NCBI GenBank assembly: GCA_964035545.1
Contig: OZ037768.1
Coordinates: 5,302,741 to 5,366,740 of the forward strand
DNA: 64,000 bases
Direction of reading: 5' to 3'
DNA from: Bugula neritina
Taxonomy: Eukaryota > Animalia > Bryozoa
Positions 14,101 to 31,330 of this stretch are shown here, one piece after another; within the stretch, counting starts at the first letter, position 1, and every line of letters starts with the position of its first letter. The notes below the pieces were generated by a model. It was not told the origin of the DNA. It ran no database searches and worked only from the letters and a program-made list of their open reading frames with translations. The position numbers were made by a program, and so were the translations under genes.

Positions 14101-16398
14101 CTCACGGCCAGCTGTAGCAATGAGAATATAACTGCAGCATAAGCATAAACTTTGTTGTTTGTACAACAATTTACATTTTCCATATTGCATCATATAAAAT
14201 AAAAAGATTTGATATTCAAAGTTGTTGAAACTTTGTTTCGAAGCTGGTGCTTCTTTATTTCTGAAAGTCAACAACTTGAGTTTTGAAATTCCAAACTATT
14301 AGCAAGATAAGAGATATACTTACAAAAATCCCATGGGTAAAAAACATACGGGACTTCGTTATGGTCCCAGGTTTCCGCAGATCTGTACACTTTTCTCTTC
14401 TTTCTCAATCTAGTGAACATAATAACGTTGTTGCCATGTCAACTAAGTAAAGAATATGCTAAGTTTTATCCCAACACTTTTCATAGCAAACTAGAATAGC
14501 ACAAGCACACCACAACAGACTGGAGACAATAATTTTTTACTTGTCATCAATACAACATAATTATCAGGTATAGTTGTTTATTGCAGCCTGATTAATAATA
14601 TTCACCTCGTATTTTTTTTCTTACTATAGAGAGTGGAGTATTGTTGATTGGTTAGCATCATATCCATTTCAGCTAATACCATAGACGAGTGGTCATCATC
14701 CACCAATGACCTTGTTTCTTTAACAAAAACAGTATGAAAAAAGTCATACTCTTTGTTCAAATCATTAAAGCCTGTTTCTAGGTAACTAAATTACATTTTT
14801 ATCATTACAATGATAAAATAATATGAATTTTTATATTTGCTAATTTTTTAATAAATAGCAATTAGATACAAAATCGATAAACAATGAAAATGTATGACAA
14901 AAATGGGTATTTTAATTGTTTATAGCTGCAATTTAGTTGCCATCCACCAAACAATAATATCTGCATATTGTGTAGCAGAATTACTGCACAATCAACAGAA
15001 GTGGAGAGTGTTTTAATAACTCGGCCTATAAACAACCAAATTAGTGTGAAACACCATTCAAGGTGAGCTTAAACCTTACATAGAGAAAGTGTTGCGCCAA
15101 TTTCTCACAATATTTATAAACTAACTCAGGATGAAAAGTCATGTACAGTATGCACTGTAGGAACTAATGTTAAGGTGCTATATTGTCACACATCAATAAA
15201 ACCAGGTATGATTTACTGGATTGCATACACAAACTATAAAACTCAGTGCAGGCATCAGCTATGCTGCTCATACATTGCCAGGGTAATAGTTCATGCTGCT
15301 GTTATATGATGCAGATAAAAGTAACAATAGTAACAAATCTTGTAACAAGCCCACATCTGTGTTACATTATCAAATGTCAGTCTGAACCTTGGACACCTAC
15401 ATCTTTAAAACTGCGCTGAGAACGAGTAAACTTACAATCTTAGTACATGCATAGATGTGTGAGGGAAATTGCACAACTGTAAATAGTAAGATAAACTAAC
15501 TGATAGGAAATAGCAAAAGTTCAACAGGACCAAATGAAGACCCATCAGTTTCAAATTTATGTCAGAAACAAGGTAAATCAGTCACAACCTCATTGGTTTT
15601 ACTTAGTCACAATGTTATTGGTTCTACCTAAGTTGTTGAGCGAAGATTCTGTGTGTGACTTCATAACTCTTCGTATCACCTGATCAATAGTGACAGCTTT
15701 ATCAATTTCACTGTCTCCTGCCGACAGAACAGGTGCTTGTATGTGAAAAGGGCGTGATGCCATCATTATCTGAAAAAGATGAAACAAAAATTCAAATCAA
15801 AAAGTTTTGAATTATGAATTAAAATGTTAAGTTAACTGATTACAAACATGGCTAACATTTGTTTTAGTTAGAACCGCATTTTTAATTTAAATCATAGGTG
15901 TTGGGGAAATAAACAGCAAGCATCAGTATGTAAGTCCTATAATTTGCAGATTTTTGCAAATTTGAAATGTTTTTTGAGAGAGCAGCTGTAGTCTAGCAGT
16001 TAGAGCAGTGGACTAGTAAGTGCTAGATCATGAGTTTGAATCCCAACAGGAGCATTGGTGATGCCAGGAGGGGCATCCAGTTATAATAGCTCATGTGCTC
16101 CTAGCAGGCAACCTTAAAACATGGTATTTAGTACACTTACACTCACCATCAGTAGTTCTCACAGGTTTTAAAATTATTTTTTATTTGTATTTATGAGTAG
16201 AAACAAACTATGTAGTAGCTTGATTGAAAATAAAACTATGAGCAATGAAACTTTAGTTTTATTGGCATCAACATTTCAATGAAGTAGTTTATATTCAAAA
16301 ACACATACAAAACAAGGTAATTTCTCACTCACCTTGATAATAAAATATAGTAACATAGCAGTTCTACTGAAGCCATAATAAAATCCATATAACTCCAT
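5172..16398 (-). CDS. Astacin (M12A) zinc metalloprotease: prodomain, catalytic domain, EGF-like, 8 ShK, TSP1, 6 ShK; about 1095 aa, 23 coding exons
   Basis: Exons 16398-16333, 15769-15628, 14717-14606, 14409-14324, 14111-13991, 13868-13799, 13028-12822, 12434-12299, 12143-12011, 11452-11297, 11150-11038, 10814-10683, 10174-10064, 9782-9639, 9476-9340, 9136-9019, 8821-8687, 8435-8181, 7646-7520, 7192-7071, 6713-6471, 6086-5931, 5437-5172 splice in frame (3288 nt). Motifs: prodomain EMDMMLT, furin site RKKR, HEIGHALGLVHEH, Met-turn SVMHY, TSP1 WSDWSAWTGCSRTCG, 14 six-Cys ShK units ending CxxxCxxC. First two exons are least certain. Confidence 0.92.
5529..5630. repeat. Small palindromic (MITE-like) element in last astacin intron
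   Basis: aacttggaat..gaaaccgtcacc at about 5545 is an imperfect inverted repeat of ggtgaccgtttt..attccaagtt at about 5607-5630; an additional attccaagtt lies at 5529. Confidence 0.4.
11600..11688. repeat. Intronic inverted repeat (hairpin)
   Basis: Perfect 19-bp arms attacatatttatatgact (11627-11645) and agtcatataaatatgtaat (11648-11666) with imperfect outer arms. Confidence 0.85.
12700..12795. repeat. 18-bp degenerate minisatellite (cacagaaggagtaagtct), about 5 copies
   Basis: Visible period-18 units in the intron following the astacin catalytic exon. Confidence 0.75.
15980..16125 (+). mobile_element. tRNA-derived SINE with a Meta-domain-like core, in astacin intron 1
   Basis: A-box-like tagtctagcagttaga, B-box-like gagtttgaatccc, then gcattggtgatgccaggaggggcatccag resembling the MetaSINE core as I recall it (GTCAGGAAGGGCATCC). 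Confidence 0.6.
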
Positions 16399-16882
16399 CC
16401 TAAATAAACAGCCTGTAGTAATCTAATGTTCGACAATCAGCAGCATGGGTCTCAAAGCTTATTCCAGTAACAGTATGCAAGACAACAACTAAAATATAAA
16501 AGCAGCATGCGCATGCTGAGTGCAATGTGACTTGTATCAATTTACTTGCGTGTATTCAACTTATATAATGCACCTCAAACCAATATGGTTACAATTAGTA
16601 TCGGGTGTCATAACAATAATGAACTTAATGATCATTGATGCCTCATATGTTTACACCAATAAGAAATTTGCTGACTAATAAACGCACTCTGTGGAGTGAT
16701 ATGTTTTGCAAGTTAAACACAAAAGTTGTAAAAGGAGAGTATTCATGGAAATTAAAGTGTGTGCATGAAATGTAAGCTGAAAGAAGGCATATACTGTCAA
16801 TTACTAATTAGACACAGAAGCATATTGTATTATATTATTATCATGAGTTTTACCTTCAAAGATGAGTCACTCCAACATTATT

Positions 16883-17119
16883 ATAAAATGCATTGAATAC
16901 TTAGGAGCAGTAGTGAAGAAATTGAGATAGCCTACGTTCTTTAACTTGATTACTAAGTTTTGGTTTGTGACGTGGGTTGAAATTCTTGCGAGAACATAAC
17001 TTTTTTGCTCCATTTTTAATCTAGAACACAGGCTTTTCTCAATTTCTCCATTACTGTACCTACTTCCACAAATATTGCAATTTCTTGAAAGCTTGAGAGT
17101 ATTGTATAATGTATTTTAT
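16883..17119. mobile_element. Foldback/MITE-like element with long imperfect inverted arms
   Basis: cagtagtgaagaaattgagatagcct (16908-16933) pairs with aggcttttctcaatttctccattactg (17030-17056); outer arms ataaaatgcatt / aatgtattttat. Confidence 0.55.
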
Positions 17120-19384
17120 GCGACAATGGCAATGTTAGCTAAATCTACAAGAAAATAATGTAATATTGGAAATCACCTGAATTATGTATTTAATACTTCT
17201 GCTTCTATTTTCTTCGTGACCAGCCAGGTTCACCGAGACAGTTGTTTTTGTCAATTTTCCGTCTTTACCAAATGTTTTCCTGCATGGCTGCCACTGCCAA
17301 AGTTCACTTTGGCTTTGAAGCTACTGGGTTTTTGTCTGTGCTTACTGGGCTAATGAGTTTCACTCTATATCTTATGTGCTAATAACTGACTCAGCATTGG
17401 TAATGCTTGTTATATATAGGTTAAGGTCAAATGCTATGTAGAGCAGCAAAGTGAGTGCTCTCTTGGGCCAGCATAGAATAACTAACAAACAAGTGCAGCA
17501 CCAAGCAAGTAATTTTGAGTCTAGTCTTGTAGAAGTTCAGTATAGAGATAAACAATTTTCCAAAACCTTCAACTTTTTTTAAATTTCAATTTATACATTT
17601 CACATATTTAGCAAGCTTTTTGGTAAAAATTGCATTTTACAAAAAAACTATGCTTTACTGAAAATTAAATATAACTATATTTCAATTGAAATAGTAAAAC
17701 ATGCCACTAGCCTATTAAACTGGGAAGTATTTATCCAAAGACAATTATTCCTTTATTTATCAACTTCGCAGTTCGATCACTACTTATGTTATAGCGTTAC
17801 CGAAGTAAAATGTATTTAGAACTTTAACTAGTCAGCAGAATCCATATTTTAAAAGCAAATTAAGTGTCAGACAAGACATGGCAAAAACTGCAACACCCAA
17901 AAAAGCAACAACATTCAGAAAAAGATAACAAACTGACACTAGAAAACAAAGAAAGTGCCAATACCCAAGTAGTCCAATACAAATGTGTGCACATGCACAA
18001 AAATAGACTTTCTCCAAGGTTAGCTTAGGTTATAAGAATTAGTGTGCTTTTTAAACATAAAAAAGCTTTCAAAAAATCCTCAAGCAGTTGGTTTGCTAAA
18101 AAAAGGTTTAAAAGATGAAAAAATGCAAGTGTTTGAGAAATGCCAAGTCTTAAAAATCAGTTCAGGAAAAAATATGTTCCAAATTCCTGTTGAAGATTTA
18201 CTTTAAAGATAGACATGATTTTTAAAATTTGTGTACAATTTGACAGATTAGAAGTAAAACTGTATCAGCATTATGAATACATTGCATGGACTTCTACGAA
18301 ATAGGTTAAAGTAGTATAATTTAGGAAAAAATCAAAGTTAAGGAATAGTGCTATACCATCCAGTCTGAAGTACCAGGGGATAATGCTGCCTCGATATACT
18401 TATTACTACAAAATGATATTATACTATTATCTCTAGTAGAGATTTGTTATACACATTTCCAATATAGCATTGTGGTTCATTTAGTTTATGTTTACAATCA
18501 AGAAGCATGCCTTAAAAGTGGACACAATTACAAACACGACTGTGTAAGCCTGCAGCAACTACCGAAAAGGTGAACCAAAAACGACAAATAACATTGTTCA
18601 GCCTCATTTATAATACTAATGTAGACGGTAATGTAAAAAAATAATTCCTCAAAAAGATTTGTGAAGAATTTCCACTCAGACATGAACTTCACAAAATTTT
18701 CAACGCCAAAACACAAAAATCAGCTACAGCTGCATGCAAAACATTCTGTCTATCATAAAAGCAAGAAAGTGTACTTTCCAAGAAAGTATCCAATAAAACA
18801 TTCAAGCTTTGCAACTGCAATAACACAATTAAGCTCTGCATGACTATAACTGTTCACTGAATGGCCTATGATACTCAAAGGCCGTGATTTACCAAGCCGC
18901 TGTCGCTATATAATAATGCAACAATAAAGACTTGCATATGTCTGCTTAATTGAAACTAAAATCAAAACTAAATATAAAAACCATGCAGCCTAGCTTCAGG
19001 AACACCAATTAATAAAGACACCCCCATTAAGCTTAGCAAATTTATTATTTGAAAATTGAAAGATCATAGTACCAGCTTAAAAAAAGAATGGAAAATTTTA
19101 GCCAGGGCACAGTTATGCAGCAAAAAAGTTCATTCTGTAAGCTGTGCCTAACAAAAATTTTTTTATTTTATGCAGGCCACTTTGCTCAACATTGAATAGC
19201 TGAAATAAAATTATAACAACTTGCAGGCACACTAAAAAAACTTCTTGTAGAGAATGTGACTTGAGCATCATTCTTAGTTTAGCTTTATTACCTTTGATGT
19301 TTGCGTACTTTTGTAAATTTTAATGAATACCTTTGATAAAACTATACAACGTATATATAGCAATAAGTTATCTTGTCTAGGTTG

Positions 19385-19745
19385 CAGGCGCAAGAAAATC
19401 GACAGCCAGCTCGAAATTTTCTTTTCTTCAACCAGAACTGCCCCCAATTGGTAAAAAGATCCACATAAAGGGAAAAATATCTTGAATTTTTTTAAATTGT
19501 AAAAAAGTCAGTAGGTCAAATTTGCTGTGAGAATTGCCATAACAGAACCATCACTGTTAATTAGGTGGATCATCATGTAAAAGCATGTTTTATTTAGCAT
19601 GCAGATGTACAGTCATTTTCTCTTATATGTTGTAGGCGCGAGGAACTCAACTGCCAGTTCCAGATTTGCTTTGCCAAAACTGCCTCCAATTTGCAAAGCA
19701 AAGAACCAACAGAAGTTGAAAATGTTGTTTAAGTTGCTGTGAGAA
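19385..19745 (+). pseudogene. Two tandem relic copies of the terminal exon of the orphan gene
   Basis: Acceptors at about 19387 and 19635; second copy reads GARNSTASSRFALPKLPPICK versus GAKNLNASLRFALPKLPPIEK at 28063; both are followed by the gctgtgagaa / gcatgcaga.gtacag motifs also seen after 28205. Confidence 0.7.
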
Positions 19746-19769
19746 ACACCTCAAAATCATCATTGTTTT

Positions 19770-20192
19770 GCAGTGGTGATGCAGCATGCAGAAGTACAGC
19801 ATGTATTTAGAGACGAATGCATAGACTGGGTACCCATGTGTTTGGTGTCTGGGGGTTGGTGGAGCCGGGAGGTGTGACAGACAGTCTGATAAATGTTCTC
19901 GGGGTAGGGATATCTTCCTTGATCTGTCACTTTCTTTTGCATTCAGTACTCATCACTGGCTAGATGTTACTATGCTTTGGCACAGTGATGTAGTGTAGCT
20001 TAGCTTCGTGACTGACTATGAATCAGTCATTGCACACGAAATCCTACACGGCTGGTGTTTGTGTGCTGTCTGTATATTGGGGTGTTTTTCTAACTGAGGC
20101 TGATCTTGACCACGGAACGGTTTCACCCTTTCTTTGGCAACTTACGCATGGGTGCACAGACTATGTATTTCTGAACTAGATACATGCTGGAA
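19770..20192. repeat. About 420-bp segment duplicated at 28240-28690
   Basis: Long near-identical stretches, e.g. gcatagactgggtac.catgtgtttggtgtctgggggttggtggagccggga and tatgtatttctgaactagatacatgctgga. Confidence 0.95.
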
Positions 20193-20339
20193 AGCACCAT
20201 GGAGTTTGTAAGGTGAGGATGACTCCACAACAGGGTGATGACTTTCATCAAAACACACGCAGCTTTACAATATTCAGTGGTTGGTTCTAGTATGTGGCCA
20301 AAGAATAACAGCCAATAAATAGTCAAGTATCACTATTTA

Positions 20340-20460
20340 CTATTGGGGAAGTCCTTGGGGATGCGTCCTTCATACATGACCAAGCCAGTGAGTTGTCTGA
20401 GCAGGGTAAGGGTAAACATGGTTGAAGGGCTAAATTGAGAAGGAATTTCTGCTTTGGCCA
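20340..20460 (-). mobile_element. Degenerate RTE-clade LINE fragment (ORF C-terminal region)
   Basis: Minus strand, across frameshifts: MFTL..LRQ..HWLGHV..EGRIPKD, matching the RTE-type LRQRRLRWLGHV..MEDGRIPKD motif. Confidence 0.55.
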
Positions 20461-20519
20461 ATCTCTCTTGACAACATTTATAGGTCATAACTGTAGCTTA
20501 ATTCAATTTATTAAAACTA

Positions 20520-21400
20520 GTTTAAAGATCAAGATGCACTTAATGAAAAATATATGGGAGAAAAGAAAGACGTCTTCAGTATTATGTTTCACAAACTGAA
20601 AAACTCAGCTAAGAAATAAAATATCATTTGTTTTAATACTCGGCATTTTTAATACTTGCAGAATCACTACATATATATGCATATTATATTTTAGCACCAC
20701 CAACTCACAGGTCATTGGTGAGTTTTCTCACTTCAACAAGCCTCAAAAAGAATAAAGTGGAACCAATGTAAGTCTAATTATTTTATGCTAATAACTTGTC
20801 ATTTTAAAATATTTCATTCTTCAATAAAAGTACTGAAATTTTTAAATCAGATTATTTAAACAACATCCAACTATGATTAGAACACTTTTTTTGCTTTTAA
20901 AGGAGATAGCTACTATAAATTCAGAGTCAGTTTTTAAATTGTTTTACAATTATCTACCTGTTGGTTGCAAAACTAGAGTTCATCAGTTTAAAAGATTTCA
21001 GTCAGAACACAATCACACAAATTAATTTGCAAAAAACACAACATTACTCTTTTGCTTTACAAAAGAGCACCGTCGAGTTTAGGAAGTTAACCCCAAAACT
21101 GTCTACCATTCCAAAAGATCAACAGATTCTACCAGATATCTGTATGTAATCAATGTTATATATAGGTAAATGATGTTGTAATTGAGAAAAGCAAAAGCCA
21201 AACATCATTTGAAAAATTCAAAATTTTATTGGCGTAATTCAGCCATTTATGAGTTTAATAATTGAGTAAAAAAACGATGAGCCTACAGTTACCCCTACAA
21301 GTAGGTAATTCAAAAGTGCCATAGGTGACGCCTTAGAAGAATTTTATTAGAGCATGTGACAGCTCGACTGCTATAAGAAATATGAAAGATGTAAGTAATT
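20520..21400 (+). pseudogene. Pseudogenised partial paralog (exons 2-5) of the orphan gene
   Basis: Colinear matches: 20521 aaagatcaagatgcacttaatgaa versus exon 2; 20695-20767 versus exon 3 (APPTHRSLVSFLTSTSLKKNKVEP); 21002-21141 versus exon 4 (PKLSTIPK); tgaaagatgtaagtaatt versus exon 5 donor. Exon-2 donor reads cag/ctaag and the exon-5 equivalent has an in-frame TAG. Confidence 0.75.
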
Positions 21401-23292
21401 ATATTATATGAACATGCCATGTTTTTGATAAATTAAAATGTGAGCATGAAATAACTAGTTGAAAAAAGTTTTTTTAAGATAAATAATATTATATATGTAC
21501 ATAGTTTGTTGTAAAATGCAGAAAGTGAATTCATTATTTTAATTTTTAAAAAGTGTGGCACTTTAAATGGCTATTTTTTTAGTAAATATTCATATATACA
21601 AGCACATGCACACATATAGTGCATGCAAACAACTCTTTATTACCTTTGATAAAATGTAAGTTTCTTCTCCAAAGAATATTTTCCTCTCTATTCATTAATA
21701 TTACAAATACCATGAAGAAAGATTAAATCCCAAAAAGTTATATTTATAACTCTGACTCTTAACAATAAGCAAAGAAATCTAAGAGCGAGTTTGATGTTAG
21801 TGTGAGTGTTACAAAATTTGTAAAGTTGTCAGCTGATTGAAACCTAATCACTGATCCTATCCTACTAATCACTAAAATTGACTAATTGTAATGTAGGTTT
21901 ATTCACAACTTGTGGGTTTATGATTTGCAAGGAAAATCTCGTAATATAGATCAAATAAACAACTTACAAAACTTTAAAACTTCCATAATTCAATCGAAGT
22001 TGTGCTTCTGAAAAAGCAGCTACCAAATTAAAACGTGGAGCAATACACCAATCAAAGGAAAATAAATTTCTTGCCACTAGCTATACCAGCTTACAAACGA
22101 ACACTTGTATGCACTTAAGTACAGATACAAACTTTTAAAATATGACCCAACAACTAAGCTCAAATGCTAAAATACCTTATTATAATAAAAAAAGTCAGAG
22201 TTATGCTGCCTGAACACCCGCAACAAGATTTCGAGCAATCTGAAACTATAGCATGGTAATATAGCAAACTAGCTTTCTACCATAACTCATCGTGTACTTT
22301 TATGAAATAGCCACCACTTGCTAAATTATTTAAATACCAAAAACTTACTTTTCTCAACATTTTTTTGGTATTGCTATTGAAGCAATCTATCGATCTTCAC
22401 TTGTATGTTTATATATGTTTTACTCAAGTCGATTGTAATTAATTTAAAATGTAATATCTTTCTGCTAAACGTCATGCATATCTTTGTGTTTAATTTTCAT
22501 GTGATGAATGTAATAAATATGCATGACGCTATTATTAATTAAACTTTAAATAATAAGCTTCAACTCTTTTTAAAAGTTAAATTACTTATACGTATTTATT
22601 TTATTTACACTGAAGTGTGTGCAAATTTGCTAGCTGTTTTAAAAGATGTTTAATGGCTAACAACCCTTTATGTTTTTAAATTGACAGTTCAACCTGCATG
22701 CTAAACCAAGTTACATAAATCCAATATGAGAAATGTGTGTGCCTAGCTCTTTCATTCTCATCCATATAAAAAGTACATAAGTATATTTTTACATAAAAGA
22801 TTAATTTTTTCTTTCAAGTAGTAGCAGGATTTTCAAATTTACACTCCGCGCAAGGAGTTGGTTTTTAAAACTGCAAACAAAGCAAAAACTATTGCTATAC
22901 ATTAATGCAATTTCACAAACTAAAATTATAAAAAATGTTTCTTGTACTCTAATAATAAAAGTGCTCAGGGAACGGTGGCAGATGATAAGAGTAAGACTAA
23001 AGGTATTGCCCAAGTACTAATTTTTTTCTTTTCACTATATAGCCTTTGTGTGCAAAAATAAATTGAATTTTGTATAATTGTGGGTTATTTTGAATAAAAT
23101 TAAGTTATAATAGAAAATTGATCAAATACATTAAATAACTCACTTATAATTCAAAGTTAATTGTTCCGGCCAATCATATTTTACATCTGAAATTGCTAAA
23201 ATTCCTTCAATTGTGACATTAGAAGCCATTTATTGCTATCACTTGGAGCTAGTTTAACGTACGTATATTTGATGCCCTATAATAGTAACGAA

Positions 23293-28205
<4,913 letters not shown>

Positions 28206-28239
28206 AGCTTATAGATCAAATTTCCTGTGAGAATTCCAC

Positions 28240-28690
28240 TGCAGTGGTGATCTAGCACGCAGAAGTACAGCATATATTTAGAGACGAGTGCATAGACTGG
28301 GTACTCATGTGTTTGGTGTCTGGGGGTTGGTGGAGCCGGGAAGTGTGACGGACAGTCTGATAAATGCTCTCGGGGTAGGGATATCCTCCTTGATCTGTCA
28401 CTTTCTTTTGCAGTCAGTACTCATCACTGGCTAGATGTTACTATGCTTTGGCACAGTAATGTAGTGTAGCTTAGCTTCGTGACTGACTATGAATCAGTTA
28501 TTGCACACGAAATCCTACACGGCTGGTGTGTGTGTGCTGTCTGTATATTGGGGTGCTTTTCTCGCTGGGGTATCGCGGCCCTGACTCACATTTGGACGGC
28601 TGATCTTGATCACTGAACGGTGTCACCCTCTCTTTGGCAACTCACCATGGGTGCACAGCCTATGTATTTCTGAACTAGATACATGCTGGA
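28240..28690. repeat. Second copy of the 19770-20192 segment, directly 3' of the orphan gene stop
   Basis: Direct alignment by eye; this copy has an extra stretch near 28570-28597. Confidence 0.95.
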
Positions 28691-28704
28691 GAGTACTACA
28701 GATT

Positions 28705-28821
28705 CTGTAAGTTTACCATCAGGTCTGATCTGTTGAAGTGCCGAAAGTGTTCTTCAGGAAAATGGCAAAAGCAATCTTAAAGAGTGTTGGTGCTAAGATG
28801 CAGCCTTGCTTGACACCACTT
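28705..28821 (-). mobile_element. RTE-clade LINE reverse-transcriptase fragment
   Basis: Minus strand SGVKQGCILAPTLFKIAFAIFLKNTFGTST..RPDGKL, matching RTE/BovB-like GVKQGCVLAPTLF...RSDGKLFNL. Confidence 0.8.
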
Positions 28822-28839
28822 CACTTCTCAAGTGGTTCA

Positions 28840-30305
28840 GCTTTGGTGAACACTGCCAGGATCTTCACAAGAGATGTAGAAATGAAATTTGGGTTACAAA
28901 AATGTGCCACACTGGTTATGAAAAGAGGAAAAAAAATTGAAGACACAGGAATCACTATGCCTGATGAGCAGGTAATCAAAGATCTGGATGAGGAGCCGTA
29001 TAAGTATCTAGGAGTTCTTGAGACTGATAAAATAAAAATGAATGAAATGAAAGATAAAATCAGGAAGGAGTACTATAGGAGAATAAGAAAAGTTCTGGAA
29101 TCAAAACTGAATGGAGGGAATACGATCAAAGCAATAAACACTTGGGCAGTAGCAGCAGTGCGTTACACAGCTGGAATACTTGACTGGACTGTTGATAAAC
29201 TAAAGACATGGACAAAAAGACAAGGAAGCTTATTACAATAAATCGTACACTCCATCCAAGAGCAGATGTAGACAAGCTGTATGTTAGCGGAAGGGAAGGT
29301 GGAAGAGGGATGGTGTCAATTGAAGAATGTGTAAGGGTTGAAGAATGCAGCATGTCAGATTACATAAAGAGGACATGCACTGATGGAGACACCACTCTGA
29401 ATACCCTCCTAAAGGACAAAACAGCAATAGAAATCAAGAACGATAAATCGGTAGAAAGAACTGGTGGGTGGAAAGAAAAGGCTCTACATGGTCAGTACAT
29501 CAGAAAGGTGGAAGACATGAAAACGTGCTCATGGAAATGGTTGAAATCTGGTTGGCTGAAAAAGGAAACAGAAGGGCTGCTGTTAGCTGCGCAAGATCAA
29601 GCACTCCCTACTAGAAATTATAAAGTAGCTATAATGAAAGAACAAGGTAGCAAGAAGTGTCGGATGTGTAATGCAAGGGACGAGACTGTGATGCATATAG
29701 TAAGTGAATGTGAGAAGTTAGCACAAAGAGAATATAAGAAAAGACACGATCATGTGGCATCGATAATTCACTGGGAGTTGTGTGAACTTCATGGATTTCA
29801 GAGAAGCAAAAATTGGTAAGACCACCGAGCAGAATCAGTACTGGAGAATGACAATGTAAAAATATTGTGGGACTTCGACATACACACCGACAGAGTCATC
29901 GAAGCTAGGAGGCCTGATATAGTAGTAGTTGACAAGCGTAATGCTGAAACAACAATCATCGATATCGCAGTTCCTGGTGATTACAGAGTAAAAGAAAAAG
30001 AATCAGAGAAGATAGGAAAATATCAGGATTTAGCACTAGAGTTAACCCGCCTTTGGAAAACATCAACAAAAGTCATCCCCATTGTAATTGGAGCCCTTGG
30101 AGCTTCACATAAAACTGTAGACTGGATGGCACTACTTGGAGTAGCTAAAAACAAATACCCACTGATTCAGCAGACAGCCTTACTAGGATCAGCTCACATC
30201 TTGAGGAAAGTTCTATCCATCCCAGCCTAGTGGAACTAGGCCGATGGTAGAAGGTTACACCAGCTAAAAAAAGCTGTGATACAACCAATAATAATAATAA
30301 TAATA
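28840..30305 (+). mobile_element. 5'-truncated, inactivated R4/Dong-clade non-LTR retrotransposon (RT C-terminal part, CCHC finger, restriction-like endonuclease)
   Basis: MKFGLQKCA..YKYLG..KLNGGNTIKAINTWA; CRMC..ETVMHIVSEC; RPDIVVVDK..IIDIAVPGD..EKIGKYQDL. Frameshift near 29205, in-frame TAA at 29817-29819, stop at 30230, short 3'UTR and (TAA)n tail at about 30287-30304. Confidence 0.9.
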
Positions 30306-30604
30306 TATTAGCGTGAACTATAGAGTTATCTTTTCAATGTTCAGCTGAACTGCGCATACCAACACTTTGTAATAATAAAGATATCAACATAAATTCTCGA
30401 GTTTCACAAAACCGAATGGTTTTCATTAAATAGCATTTCCGCTAAAATTTTGCACAATATAAAAAATCTCGTATTAGTCACTTCTAGTTCAACTAAAAGC
30501 CCCACAGTAAGTAAAAGTTGTAACAGCTAGTAATATTTTGCTCACTTTAGTCCCACTTTGTAACTTCGAAGAGAGAAAATGCAAATGAAGTATATACTTG
30601 AAGC

Positions 30605-31330
30605 TGATAATATTAGTATCACTATTCAGTATTCACTATTCAGTATTCTCAGTATGAGTATGAGTATTACTATCAGTATGAGTATGAGTATGAGTATAAG
30701 TATTACTATTAGTATAACATCAAGTTCAACTCAAAGTTCAACTTTAAGTGAGTGTTACACTTAGTTTTGCTCTTAGTCTTACTGTTATTGTTAACAACAA
30801 CATTAATTGTGAGTATAACTATAACTATAACTATAAGTATTATAACTTATATTTATATTATAAGTTATAAGCCTAAGGCTATGTATTCTTATTCTGATTC
30901 ATCCAATCATTCAATCTCATAGCCATGCTGAAACTCATACTCTGATACTCATACTGATAACATTAACTGACAGGCTGTATTTTATCAGTTGTTAATGTCA
31001 CTGCATTTTTCAAAACTGAAAAAAATTTAGAGTCTAGAGATAACCTTTAAGTTTATTACTATTAGTTTTTAACTATTTCTTTTTAGTAGTTTACTCTTAG
31101 ATTGCTGTTAAGTGTTAATTGCCCATAGGTATTACTATAACTAATACTAAAGTATAAGTATTAGTATTGTTGTAATAAGTAAATATTTGTTAGTCTAGTC
31201 TAATAAATAACTAAATTTCTAATAGTAATACTAATAGTCTATCTTAGTATCTGCTATCATTATTACCATTAATATTAGTATCAGTCTTACTATTGGTATT
31301 AGTATTACTATTAGTATTAGTGTTGGATTT
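30605..31330. repeat. Degenerate AGT/ACT tract upstream of ZC3HC1
   Basis: agtatgagtatgagt, actataactataactata, agtattactattagtattag runs. Confidence 0.8.

Noticed and set aside
17515-18310. Possible long degenerate inverted-repeat element
   Set aside because: Only short scattered complementary matches in AT-rich DNA; boundaries cannot be set by eye.
28395-28435. Box C/D-like GTGATGA..CTGA on the minus strand of the duplicated segment
   Set aside because: Boxes are only a few nt apart, with no terminal stem or guide region.
28738-28840. N-terminus of ORF 28738-29241 as part of the R4 protein
   Set aside because: It is the antisense reading of the RTE fragment, so the ORF is chimeric.
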